Shown: positions 49,845-59,137, counted from the first letter of the stretch. The stretch is 64,000 nucleotides of DNA from Thermodesulfobacteriota bacterium (GCA_965216785.1 OZ244197.1:512001-576000), one strand, 5' to 3'. The notes: generated by a model not told the origin, from the letters alone. A program made the numbers and translations.

Positions 49845-51818
49845 CTAAAACTGCCATAGTAAAATAAATATTAAGATTATAGCGGCTCCAATGGCCATGA
49901 GAGAAGCGTAGCTTCTTAATGCCCCCGATTGAGCTGCCTGAAGAGTAAGAGCCGTTTCCCTGACTATGGAAGCAACCCCGTTTACGGCGCCGTCAATAAA
50001 CTTCTGGTCGAACCTCGAGGCCTGCTCTGCTATATAGGTAAAGGGCTTTACGATTATATAGTCGTATAGCTCATCCACATACCATTTATTGAGAGAGCCC
50101 TCATAAAGAGGCTTGACCACTTCATTCTCGGCGATTTTATCAGCCGAAGAAGGCTTAATGAGATATAGGTACAGGGCGATTAGTATTCCAAGCAAAGCAG
50201 CAACGATAGAGAAGATAACCAGGGTCCAGTGGCTGAAAAGGTGATGACCTATGTGTCTGGTGCCGTCCAGCAAGATCGAGGTGGATATGAATTTCTCAAA
50301 TAAATTCGAATCGTGTACCCCTACTACCTCGCCCATAAACTCAGGCACGCCGATGTAGCCCCCGAAAATGGAAAGCACAGCCAGAACTATGAGTGGTATC
50401 GTCATGGTCGCCGGGGATTCGTGTATATGCTTTTTAACAGCTTCTGTGATCCTGGACTCGCCCTCAAAGGTGAGAACGTAGAGCCTGATCATATAAAGCG
50501 CCGTTAGTACAACCGTGATCAAGGCCACGATCCAGTGGATCATATACCCCCCGTCATACAGGGAAGCGAGTATCTCGTCCTTACTGAAGAAACCCGACAG
50601 GAAAGGAACGCCCGCAATAGCCAGAGTACCGATGAGAAATGTAATGGCCGTTATGGGAATAAACTTTCTAAGCCCGCCCATATGCCTTATATCCTGCTCA
50701 CCGCTCATCGCGTGAATGACGCTTCCTGAGCCTAAGAACAATAGCGCTTTAAAGAACGCGTGAGTTACCAGGTGGAATAGGCCCGCCGTGTATGCGCCGA
50801 CGCCGATTGCCATAAACATATATCCGAGCTGGCTGACAGTAGAATATGCAAGGACTTTCTTAATATCGTTTTGGGTAATCGCAATACTGGCGGCAAGGAT
50901 AGCGGTAAAAGCCGCGATAGATACGACTATCATCTGTGCAGTTGGGGACTGGGAATAGAACACATTGCAGCGAGACATCATGTACGCGCCCGCAGTGACC
51001 ATGGTAGCCGCATGTATGAGCGCGCTAACAGGGGTCGGGCCGGCCATAGCGTCCGGGAGCCAAACGTAGAGCGGGAATTGAGCTGACTTACCAACGGCCC
51101 CTACAAAGAGTAGTAGCGCGACCGCGGTTATTGCAAGTCCTGACACTCCGGTCATAAACGAAGGGTCTAGGGCTTTTGCGAATACGTCCTGATAATTAAC
51201 GGACCCAAAAAGGAAGAAAATGAGGAATATGCCTAAGATAAAGCCGAAATCGCCGATCCTGTTTACTATGAATGCCTTTCTACCGGCATAGGCTTTCTCG
51301 GTATCGCTGAACCAAAAACCGATGAGCAGATAAGAGGCGAGCCCCACACCTTCCCAGCCAACGAACATGAGAAGGAAGTTGTTTCCTAATACGAGAGTCA
51401 GCATGAAGAAGATGAAGATGTTCAGATACGTAAAATATTTGGCGTAGGCCTTGTCGTCGTGCATGTAGCCGATCGAGTAGACATGAATGAGAAACCCTAT
51501 CCAGGTGATGATTAGCGCCATGACGCATGAGAGCGTATCGAAGAGGACCTCAAAGCTGACCGTAAATGCGCCCGAAGGTATCCAGACAAATAGAGTCTCT
51601 ATGATCTGCCTATCCGAAGGCTCCATAGACAATAACCTTGTGAATAATACCGTTGATAATATTGCGGATATTAGTACTGTTAGCGAGGCGATGACGCCTG
51701 AGACGCTGTGCTCTGTGTGCTCGTCTCCCCCGAGCACTTTCCTGTAGAAGCCCGATGCGAAGAAAAGGCCGTTAAAAATGGCTCCGATGAGCGGAATTAA
51801 AATTATCCAGGCAATCAT
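49845..51818 (-). CDS. nuoL: NADH-quinone oxidoreductase subunit L
   Basis: GWEGVGLASYLLIGFW, NRIGD, GKSAQFPL..WLPDAMAGPTPVSALIHAATMV, FSKDEIL. Confidence 0.96.
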   Translation of the reverse strand: MIAWIILIPLIGAIFNGLFFASGFYRKVLGGDEHTEHSVSGVIASLTVLISAILSTVLFTRLLSMEPSDRQIIETLFVWIPSGAFTVSFEVLFDTLSCVMALIITWIGFLIHVYSIGYMHDDKAYAKYFTYLNIFIFFMLTLVLGNNFLLMFVGWEGVGLASYLLIGFWFSDTEKAYAGRKAFIVNRIGDFGFILGIFLIFFLFGSVNYQDVFAKALDPSFMTGVSGLAITAVALLLFVGAVGKSAQFPLYVWLPDAMAGPTPVSALIHAATMVTAGAYMMSRCNVFYSQSPTAQMIVVSIAAFTAILAASIAITQNDIKKVLAYSTVSQLGYMFMAIGVGAYTAGLFHLVTHAFFKALLFLGSGSVIHAMSGEQDIRHMGGLRKFIPITAITFLIGTLAIAGVPFLSGFFSKDEILASLYDGGYMIHWIVALITVVLTALYMIRLYVLTFEGESRITEAVKKHIHESPATMTIPLIVLAVLSIFGGYIGVPEFMGEVVGVHDSNLFEKFISTSILLDGTRHIGHHLFSHWTLVIFSIVAALLGILIALYLYLIKPSSADKIAENEVVKPLYEGSLNKWYVDELYDYIIVKPFTYIAEQASRFDQKFIDGAVNGVASIVRETALTLQAAQSGALRSYASLMAIGAAIILIFILLWQF

Positions 51819-51820
51819 AT

Positions 51821-52126
51821 CTATCCTTTAAGAAGCTTTAATAAGTCTATATTGAGTGACTCTCTGTGCTTGTATATCGCAACCACAAGGGCGAGCCCTA
51901 CGGCGACCTCGGCAGCCGCTACAGTGAGCGACATTATCATAAATACATGTCCTGTCATATCGTCAAGCGCCCGGGAGAACCCTACAAACGCGAGGTTTGC
52001 AGCGTTTAGCATGAGCTCAAGACACATGAGTACGATAAGAATGTTTTTCCTCGTAATGACGCCGAACGCGCCTATGAGAAAGAGAATCGCGCTAAGCACG
52101 AGATAATGCTCTATGGATATAGCCAA
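51821..52126 (-). CDS. nuoK: NADH-quinone oxidoreductase subunit K
   Basis: ELMLNAANL, VAAAEVAVGLA; TTG start. Confidence 0.95.
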   Translation of the reverse strand: MAISIEHYLVLSAILFLIGAFGVITRKNILIVLMCLELMLNAANLAFVGFSRALDDMTGHVFMIMSLTVAAAEVAVGLALVVAIYKHRESLNIDLLKLLKG

Positions 52127-52127
52127 C

Positions 52128-52628
52128 TCAGCCGTCCCTCCTCTTTGCTATCGCTACAACACCAATGATGGCGGCCACTATGAGAACAGAGGTTAGCTCG
52201 AATGGCAGAAGGTATTCTGTGAACAGCATAGTGCCTACGCCCTTAGCTGAGCCGAAGTCCACGGACTCGGTGTAGCTCCTCTTAATCCCCCTGCTGAACC
52301 CAAGGCTTGCGAAATAGCCTACAAACAGCAGCAAAACCATGAAAATGCTTATCTTGAATTTCATGTACTTAGAGTCGAATTTGAACGCTTCGGGCCGGAT
52401 GTTGAGGAACATGACCGTGAATAGAAATAGGATCATGATCGCGCCCGCGTAAACTAGCACCTGAACGACAGCCACAAAATCGGCGTGCAGGAGGACAAAA
52501 AGTACAGCCGTTGAAAAAAGAGTGAGTACAAGGGAAATGGCGCTGTAAACAGGGTTACTGTGAGTTACAACAACAATTGCGCCTGCTACAGCGAGGGCCG
52601 CGAATAGGTAAAAAACGACTGTTTCCAA
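52128..52628 (-). CDS. nuoJ: NADH-quinone oxidoreductase subunit J
   Basis: NPVYSA, QVLVYAGAIMILFLF, YLLPFELTS. Confidence 0.95.
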   Translation of the reverse strand: METVVFYLFAALAVAGAIVVVTHSNPVYSAISLVLTLFSTAVLFVLLHADFVAVVQVLVYAGAIMILFLFTVMFLNIRPEAFKFDSKYMKFKISIFMVLLLFVGYFASLGFSRGIKRSYTESVDFGSAKGVGTMLFTEYLLPFELTSVLIVAAIIGVVAIAKRRDG

Positions 52629-52684
52629 GTCTTAAAAATCCTCCAAAGTATTTAGGGGAAATTATTTCAGTTTACGGGGTAAGA

Positions 52685-52712
52685 ATTATATTTGGAATGG
52701 GGGGATAGTCAA
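52685..52712 (-). promoter_or_regulatory. sigma70 promoter for nuoJKL
   Basis: Minus strand TTGACT-N16-TATAAT. Confidence 0.7.
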
Positions 52713-52772
52713 CAGGATATCCGACTTCGCTCAAGCAATGTCGAGACAGGCAAAAAAACAAATCCCTTTTAA

Positions 52773-52919
52773 TCCCCCTTTTTCTAAGGGGGAATAAGAA
52801 AAGACAAAAGCAAAAGATGAGATTCTGAAACAATACTGAATAGATCCCGGATCAAGTCCGGGACATGGTTCAGAATGATAGCTTGAAGGATGAGATTCCG
52901 GGTCGAAGCCCGGAATGAC
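52773..52919. repeat. Cluster of REP-like palindromes (partly nested)
   Basis: TCCCCCTT-N5-AAGGGGGA; GAG-ATTCTGAA[..TCCCGGA-tcaag-TCCGGGA..]TTCAGAAT-GA; GAG-ATTCCGGG-tcgaag-CCCGGAAT-GAC. Confidence 0.8.
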
Positions 52920-52922
52920 TAT

Positions 52923-53579
52923 TTAACGACTTATATCTACCCCTACTCTGTCGCAGTGCTCTGTGATCGGGCAGGTGGAGCAGATGGGGGAGATGGGCCG
53001 GCACTGGTGCTGGCCGAAGGCTACTAGGAGGCTGTTGTAGTCTATCCAATGCTCGCGGGGGAGTTTCTTTCTAAGCGTCATCTCTGTATCGAGCGGGTCT
53101 TTCGTTCGAATATAACCAAGCCTATTGGAAATTCTGTGGACGTGGGTATCCACGCATATTCCGTCCTTGTTATACCCAAGCGTGAGTACCAGATTTGCAG
53201 TTTTTCTGCCTACACCCTTGAATTTAAGAAGCTCGTCCAGGTCGTCGGGGACAATAGAGTCATATTTCTCTACCAGCTCACGGCATATTCCAAGAATGTT
53301 CTCAGCTTTGGTCTTATAGAACCCAACCGGGTATATGGCGTCCGCGATGGTTTCTTTACTTAGCCTGAGCATATCGCCCGGGTTATCGGCAAGCTTAAAT
53401 AAGCGCCTGGATGCTTCAGCCGTGGTCTCGTCCTTTGTCCTGAGGCTGAGGACTGTGGAGATGAGCACCTTAAATGGGTCTCGGGAGGTTTCTGCCTCGA
53501 GCGTGACTGCCGGGACGGTCCATTTGGAGTATTCTGCTTTTAATTTTTTTACTACGGTGTGGATGTCGGATGCTTTCAT
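52923..53579 (-). CDS. nth: Endonuclease III
   Basis: LS.RT.D, HhH FKGVGRKTAN, VDTHVHR, CRPISPICSTCPITEHC 4Fe-4S motif; start at ATG 53579. Confidence 0.95.
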   Translation of the reverse strand: MKASDIHTVVKKLKAEYSKWTVPAVTLEAETSRDPFKVLISTVLSLRTKDETTAEASRRLFKLADNPGDMLRLSKETIADAIYPVGFYKTKAENILGICRELVEKYDSIVPDDLDELLKFKGVGRKTANLVLTLGYNKDGICVDTHVHRISNRLGYIRTKDPLDTEMTLRKKLPREHWIDYNSLLVAFGQHQCRPISPICSTCPITEHCDRVGVDISR

Positions 53580-53644
53580 TTGTTCTGAGGGGAAGGATAG
53601 CATAAACAGCGGAATAAGTATTAATGATAAATAATCCTCCCTAG

Positions 53645-53710
53645 CCCTCCTTTGAGAAAGGAGGGTATAAAAAGGCAAAGATGGAGATCCTGAAACAAGT
53701 TCAGGATGAC
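53645..53710. repeat. REP-like composite palindrome (same two-part module as 52773-52878)
   Basis: CCCTCCTTT-gag-AAAGGAGGG, A-rich spacer, GAG-ATCCTGAA-acaag-TTCAGGAT-GAC. Confidence 0.8.
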
Positions 53711-53743
53711 ATCATTGAGTTTGGGGGGATTTAGAGTTTAAAT

Positions 53744-53780
53744 ACCGGCAGCTTCATAAGGAGCAGCGCGAAGCTGCCGG
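53744..53780 (-). terminator. Intrinsic terminator of the sigma factor gene
   Basis: CCGGCAGCTTC...GAAGCTGCCGG 11-bp stem just after the stop at 53793, followed on the minus strand by a short U-rich tract (TATTT). Confidence 0.65.
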
Positions 53781-53792
53781 GGGATAATCGAT

Positions 53793-55034
53793 TTAGTTGT
53801 ATACGTCCATGAGGCTTCTGAGCACGGGAGCCGACTTTGAGCGCCTCATACGCTCAAGAGCTTTCTTTTCGATCTGCCTGATTCTCTCTCTGGTGAGCTG
53901 GAATTTCTTGCCGATCTCATCGAGCGTAAAAGCTGTTTCATACCCTATGCCAAAGCGCATCTTCACGACTTCCCTCTCTCTAATGTTAAGCTTAAGGAGA
54001 GCGGTGTTGATGTTGTCGGGGATGGAGATCTCGGCTATCAGGCTGTCAACGCCTGTGGAGCCAGAGTCCTCGACGAAATCGAGATATGTCGCGTTCTCAC
54101 CAGCCCAGACAGGGGTGTCGAGACGAACTACACGGTTACCGCCTGATTCGAGTATTCTCCTAACGTTCTCAACACTCATTTTTGCCTTAGCGGCAATTTC
54201 TTCGGCAAATGGCTCTCTTTCGTTCTCTTTGGTGAGCACCCTTTTTACGTGGCGCACCTTGCCTGCTTTTTCCAGAAGGTAGGCGGGCATCTTAACAGTT
54301 CTGGTCTGATTGAATATGCCCCTGGTCATAGCCTGGTTGATCCACCAACAGGCATATGTGGAAAACCTGTAGCCCTTTTCGTGGTCGAACCTTTCTACAG
54401 CTTTTATGAGGCCGAGGTTACCTTCCTGGATGAGGTCGAGGAAAGGAACGCCGCGTCCGACGTAGCGCTTTGCCATACTGGCGACAAGCCTGAGGTTTGA
54501 TTTTACAAACCTGTTCCTGAGCTGGACGCCTTTGTTTGTAAATGCTCTGTACCTGCCAAGAAGAAGAGCGAGAAGTCTCTTATCGCCGGCAGTCAACTTG
54601 GAGCTATTCGGGGAAAGGCTCCACACCTCGGTATCTAGATATTTATATGTTTCGACCTGGTAGTTAGCCCAGTCGGCGTCAAATTTCATGCCGGTTAATT
54701 TTTCAATGTTCTTTTTGCAGTCTTTGGCACCGGATTCACAAGCCTTGATCTTAGCCGCAATCTGAGCTTCCTCATTCGGCGTTAGAAGCGGTTCAAGACT
54801 TACTTCCTGAAAGTATGCGTTTACAAGTCTGAGGTCACGGTTTACCTCTTCTGTTTTTTTACCTTTAGTCTTAGCAACGACTTGCGCGGGCTCCGGCTCG
54901 GAATGGAGCTCCTCGTCCAGAACCTTTTGCGGCTCCTCAATTTCTTCGTGGTCAAATTCGTGAACAACACTCTCAAGCTGAACAGTAGCTATTTCTTCGT
55001 CGTATGTATGGCCGTATTCGATTTTTTTAGACAT
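53793..55034 (-). CDS. RpoD/RpoS-family alternative sigma70 factor
   Basis: Region 1.2 AYFQEV...PLLT..EE, SNLRLVASMAKRY, DLIQEGNLGLIKAVERFD..KGYRFSTYA.WW, TLDEIG....LTRERIRQIE. Confidence 0.92.
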   Translation of the reverse strand: MSKKIEYGHTYDEEIATVQLESVVHEFDHEEIEEPQKVLDEELHSEPEPAQVVAKTKGKKTEEVNRDLRLVNAYFQEVSLEPLLTPNEEAQIAAKIKACESGAKDCKKNIEKLTGMKFDADWANYQVETYKYLDTEVWSLSPNSSKLTAGDKRLLALLLGRYRAFTNKGVQLRNRFVKSNLRLVASMAKRYVGRGVPFLDLIQEGNLGLIKAVERFDHEKGYRFSTYACWWINQAMTRGIFNQTRTVKMPAYLLEKAGKVRHVKRVLTKENEREPFAEEIAAKAKMSVENVRRILESGGNRVVRLDTPVWAGENATYLDFVEDSGSTGVDSLIAEISIPDNINTALLKLNIREREVVKMRFGIGYETAFTLDEIGKKFQLTRERIRQIEKKALERMRRSKSAPVLRSLMDVYN

Positions 55035-55314
55035 TCCTGGCCTCCTGTAGGATTAGATGTGCTTTTAATGAAAATAGATGCTCCGGTTTTGTGCCGGTTA
55101 TATGTCTATAAACTAATACGATTGGAAATAGGTTTCAGCTTTAATAAAAAAAGCTGAGGGAAGGGGGCAGGAGCAGGCATAATTGAATTGATAGGGAACC
55201 CCTACGAGAGTCGAATTGTCGATGTAACTCCCTAATCTAAATACATTATTTATCGTCGAGGTGAGAAGGCTTAAACTCCGATGGTAACATACCTCAGAAT
55301 TCAATAATTCTATA

Positions 55315-55581
55315 TTACTTATTTAAAATCTCACCGACGGATAAAGAGGAAACGGGTGATATGGACGATGTGCACTTTAACATCCCCGGCTCGAGGAACT
55401 CGACGACTTTATCGTAATCATCGGTCTCAACCGTATAAATAATTGTATGTGAGCCGTGCTCAATATAAATATTATTCACTTTAAGGTCGTCCACATCTTC
55501 GTTTATAAATACCTTCCTAAAACCCCCGATGTCCTTGGGACAATTTTCGGGGTCATGAACTTGGGTTATCATAAACTGCAT
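55315..55581 (-). CDS. Small hypothetical protein (H..E.CP motif; possible dimeric alpha/beta-barrel, DUF3303/GYD-like)
   Basis: MQFMITQVHDPENCP...HTIIYTVETDD...V.EFL.P; AGGAGG SD and own sigma54 promoter. Confidence 0.65.
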   Translation of the reverse strand: MQFMITQVHDPENCPKDIGGFRKVFINEDVDDLKVNNIYIEHGSHTIIYTVETDDYDKVVEFLEPGMLKCTSSISPVSSLSVGEILNK

Positions 55582-55637
55582 GATTACGCCTCCTGTACTG
55601 GAATTTATACATATAAACCCTCATAACCCACTAAAAT

Positions 55638-55653
55638 TGCAAATTATCTGCCA
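55638..55653 (-). promoter_or_regulatory. sigma54 promoter of the 88-aa gene
   Basis: Minus strand TGGCAGATAATTTGCA (GG-N10-GC). Confidence 0.75.
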
Positions 55654-55793
55654 TAACGAAGATTCTAAAAGGGCAATACTTGAGGAGGGTTACAGCCGTT
55701 TATGTTGCAAAATCATCTGTCATTCGTCATAAAATCAGACAGAGATTATGCCATTTACGGTATTTTAAACGTTATGATGAGTATTTGGGATAC

Positions 55794-56555
55794 TCACTGG
55801 ATGGGAGAGGTATCTATATTGCCCTCGGCTTTACTTCTTATCTCGTCCCACTTCTGAAGAAGTATCATGAGCGAGGAGTCGGCCTCTTTGGCTTTGCCCT
55901 CCTGTATCATGCGGAGCACGCCCCAGATTTCTGTAACAGAGCGCTCGTTATCGAGGGTGTAGGGGTGTATGATGGAGCAGATATCACCGTAATTTAGAAC
56001 GATGAAGCCGCCGGGATCAAACCCGGAAAGCCAAGCCCGGAGATCGGATAGACCCTTTTTCATATGCTCGACATTTCCCGGGTGGAGAGCTGTAAAAGCT
56101 GATTTGTCATCCAGATTTGAGTAATTTTCGAGTATAGCTTCGGCCTCGACAATTCTATCTAGAGCATGCGCTATATTAGCGTCGTAATGTATGGCGTTTA
56201 GGCCCCAGTGGGTGAAGAGGGTCTTGCGTTCGTCCTCTGTAAACAGCATGAACCAGTCAAGCGGGATAATGTTTTCGGCGCTTAGAATATTGGCCTTTGA
56301 CGATGCTGGGGCCACGTAGTAACTCCCATGATCGTCTTTCATGAAGTAGCAGTCCTCAATCTCCCGCTCTTCTATCTCAAGATGATTGGCTAGCGCCTGC
56401 TGAAATGCCTTGTACTCGTTACCGAACCATACACCAAGTGGAGAGGTGGGACCTCCCCAGTAATTTTCGTAAAACTTTACGTATTCTAGCCAATAGGAGC
56501 TTTTATCCCTGAAACTATCTATGGGCTCATAGACTATGAGGGTACTTCTGGCCAT
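55794..56555 (-). CDS. Hypothetical protein
   Basis: L.VYEP..SF, IPLDWF, WLSGFDPGGFIVLNYG, D..SV..I...L, ..W..I; start probably MARST (56555). Confidence 0.7.
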   Translation of the reverse strand: MARSTLIVYEPIDSFRDKSSYWLEYVKFYENYWGGPTSPLGVWFGNEYKAFQQALANHLEIEEREIEDCYFMKDDHGSYYVAPASSKANILSAENIIPLDWFMLFTEDERKTLFTHWGLNAIHYDANIAHALDRIVEAEAILENYSNLDDKSAFTALHPGNVEHMKKGLSDLRAWLSGFDPGGFIVLNYGDICSIIHPYTLDNERSVTEIWGVLRMIQEGKAKEADSSLMILLQKWDEIRSKAEGNIDTSPIQ

Positions 56556-56659
56556 TACAAAGTAATAAACCAAATAAGGTCTAAAATCAATTGCATGGGG
56601 TTATGTATTTTAAATAAAATAGATTGACAAAAGCTTTACAACCTGCTTAATATCTTGGT

Positions 56660-57376
56660 ATGCAAGAGATTTCACTTGAAGAAATTATAATAGAAGCTAA
56701 GAAAAGAAAGATAGACTTGGGGGGAGACCCTGAGAATACAATCAAAGTTTGCGCCAAGCTGGGGCTAATACCGAAACCTAAGCGGAAAAGAACCACTAGG
56801 AAAGGGGTCAGGAAAACTACGCTCTACTTCCCTGAAAAGACCATAGACAAGCTCGCGCACATAAAAGCTATGAAGTCCGAAGGGTTGAGTCTGCATGAAA
56901 TAAGGGATAGCTTTGCACTCGAATATGTGCAGGGGGCGCTGAAAGACCTCTTGAATAACGCGGACGGCGATAAGGTAAAGGAGCTTGCTAATATTATCAG
57001 CAAGGAACAAGAGCTCGAGTCCATTGTGGAGGCTCCTCTCGTGTACTTAATTGAGGGGATGTCACAAGATGAGGCAAAAAAGCTTCTTACGCTTTTTTGC
57101 GGAGTAGGGTTCTACGCGCTGCTCGAATCGCAGAAACTGATGGAGGAATTCCGCTTCAACGAGGCCAGACGCTCGCTCTTTAAGGCTATATTCTATAACT
57201 CTATCGCGATGCTCAGAATGGCGCGCACTACAGGGGACACTAAGCTTGAAGATACAGCGTCTGAGATATACGAAAAGGCGGTTATCGCACCGATTGGGAA
57301 GGCGAGCGAGCGGGTCAGGAAGGAATTTATAAACTCGTTTGAGAAATACCTGAAGGACAAGGGTTTAACAAACTAG
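56660..57376 (+). CDS. Protein with MerR-like N-terminal helix-turn-helix
   Basis: TIK.CAKLGLIPKP.R...LYFPE.TIDKL..IK.MK.EGLSL.EIR MerR-type pattern; preceded by TTGACA-N18-TAATAT-N6-ATG. Confidence 0.7.
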   Translation: MQEISLEEIIIEAKKRKIDLGGDPENTIKVCAKLGLIPKPKRKRTTRKGVRKTTLYFPEKTIDKLAHIKAMKSEGLSLHEIRDSFALEYVQGALKDLLNNADGDKVKELANIISKEQELESIVEAPLVYLIEGMSQDEAKKLLTLFCGVGFYALLESQKLMEEFRFNEARRSLFKAIFYNSIAMLRMARTTGDTKLEDTASEIYEKAVIAPIGKASERVRKEFINSFEKYLKDKGLTN

Positions 57377-57399
57377 AGCTATCTAAAAAGCCATACCGC

Positions 57400-57651
57400 T
57401 TAAGATTTAGCAGACAAGAATGCATTGATAGAATTTACCGACTCAAGAATCTCGGGAGTTATCTCACCCTCGTCTATGCCCACCTGGAATTCCTCTTCGA
57501 GCGCCACCACGAGCTCGAGGGTCGCCACCGAATCGAGTCCCACCCCAAGGTCTATTAACGATGAATCGTCTTCTATTTCCTCCGGGCTCATGCTTTTTAA
57601 CACGTTTTGAACAAGAAGGTGTTTTATACGCTCTTTAGTCTCTTTACTCAT
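57400..57651 (-). CDS. Acyl/peptidyl carrier protein
   Basis: GLDSVATLELVVALEEEF (phosphopantetheine Ser), acidic 83 aa. Confidence 0.9.
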   Translation of the reverse strand: MSKETKERIKHLLVQNVLKSMSPEEIEDDSSLIDLGVGLDSVATLELVVALEEEFQVGIDEGEITPEILESVNSINAFLSAKS

Positions 57652-57655
57652 ATTA

Positions 57656-59122
57656 TTATTTTAAACGCTCCCTGAGAACTTTGCCCGAAGGGCTGCGGGG
57701 CAGCTCGTTTACAACCTGTATTATCCTAGGCACCTTGTATCCTGCGAGCCTGTCCCTGCAGTACTCAATGATCTCCCCTGGCTCTATATCCCCTTCTGTA
57801 ACAAGGGCCGCTTTTACAAGCTCGCCGCCCTTTTCGTCATCTACGCCTAACACTACGGCTTCTTTGAGCAGTGGGTGTGAAGTAAGCACGTTCTCAACCT
57901 CTGCCGGGTCGACCTTATTGCCGCTTATGTTTATAAAGAGCTTCTTACGGCCAACTATGTATATATAGCCTTCAGGGTCGATTCTTCCCAGGTCTCCTGT
58001 GAAATAGTAACCGTTTTTAAATACCTCGGCTGTCTCTTCGGGAAGGCCGTAATAGCCAGTAGTCATGGAAGGGCTTTTAACAATGATCTCACCTATCTGG
58101 CCAGGCTCTACATCCACTCCAGAGTCGTCAAGAACTCGGACCTCAACGTTCTTTACCGCACAGCCCACAGAGCTGAACCTTTCTTCTATGGAGTCCTCGA
58201 GGTTGATGGAGATTACTCCAGTTTCAGTGGAGCCGTAGAGTTGACGCGGGTAGACACCGAACTTTGAATGAAAGCCCCGGAAGATGTGCTCCGCAAGCGG
58301 AGCGCCAGCGGAGATAACAAGCTTCAGGGCACTCAGGTCGAGCGGCTCTTTCAGTACAGTCCTAGCAAGAGCGTCCAGCATTACAGGGACTGCCGGGAAA
58401 ATGGTGACCGACTCCTTCTCTAAAAGGTCAAGAACCTTGTGGCGGTTAAACTCGCTCAGGGTTACGATGGCGGCGCCTATTTTGATAGAGCTGATAAAGT
58501 TGCCAAAGCCGTAAGTGTGGGAGATCGGGACCGTGAACAGAACCCGGTCACTCTCGTTCCAGCCAACTGTCTGTGTGTGGTTATCGGCAAGCGCTACGAG
58601 GTTCTTGTGAGTTCTGGAGACTCTTTTAGGCTGCCCGGTCGAGCCTGTCGAGTAGAGGTATATGGCTTCGTCTTCGGGGCTTATATTTTCAATATCCAAA
58701 TGAGCTTCGGTGCGCTTTAGCCAATCTGGAGAATCCCCTTTCACAACTTTAATCAGAGCGCCGGATTCGGATGCCGAATCCTGAAGCACCTCGGCAAATT
58801 CGCCATCGGTTACTATTAGACTCGCCCCAGAGTGCTCGATGTAGAACAGGATTTCATGTTTCTTAAACGCCGTGCTCACAGGTACAGATATAGCTCCCAA
58901 CTGAGCGATACCGAAAAACGAAACAACAAATTCAATAGAATTGGGTAAGAGTATTATTACCTTGTCGCCTTTTTTAATCCCTATAGAGCTCAGATATGAA
59001 GAGAATTTATTTACAAGCTCTTTGAGCTCAGCATACGAAACCCGTTTGCCATGCTCAAATACCGCCTCGCTTGCTGAGAACTTGTTTACGGCAGATATGA
59101 ATAGATGAGGAACTGTGTTCAT
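57656..59122 (-). CDS. ANL-family adenylating enzyme (acyl-CoA/acyl-ACP ligase)
   Basis: YSTGSTGQPK, YGSTETG, TGDLG, GRKK..I...G.KV.P.EVE, LPRSPSGK. Confidence 0.92.
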   Translation of the reverse strand: MNTVPHLFISAVNKFSASEAVFEHGKRVSYAELKELVNKFSSYLSSIGIKKGDKVIILLPNSIEFVVSFFGIAQLGAISVPVSTAFKKHEILFYIEHSGASLIVTDGEFAEVLQDSASESGALIKVVKGDSPDWLKRTEAHLDIENISPEDEAIYLYSTGSTGQPKRVSRTHKNLVALADNHTQTVGWNESDRVLFTVPISHTYGFGNFISSIKIGAAIVTLSEFNRHKVLDLLEKESVTIFPAVPVMLDALARTVLKEPLDLSALKLVISAGAPLAEHIFRGFHSKFGVYPRQLYGSTETGVISINLEDSIEERFSSVGCAVKNVEVRVLDDSGVDVEPGQIGEIIVKSPSMTTGYYGLPEETAEVFKNGYYFTGDLGRIDPEGYIYIVGRKKLFINISGNKVDPAEVENVLTSHPLLKEAVVLGVDDEKGGELVKAALVTEGDIEPGEIIEYCRDRLAGYKVPRIIQVVNELPRSPSGKVLRERLK

Positions 59123-59137
59123 TACTTTCTATCTCGC

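Noticed and set aside
52773-52919. Possible CRISPR array or IS ends
   Set aside because: Units are non-identical hairpins with irregular spacing; no cas or transposase gene nearby
53580-53678. N-terminal extension of nth
   Set aside because: Runs through a palindromic repeat; homology starts at MKASDIH
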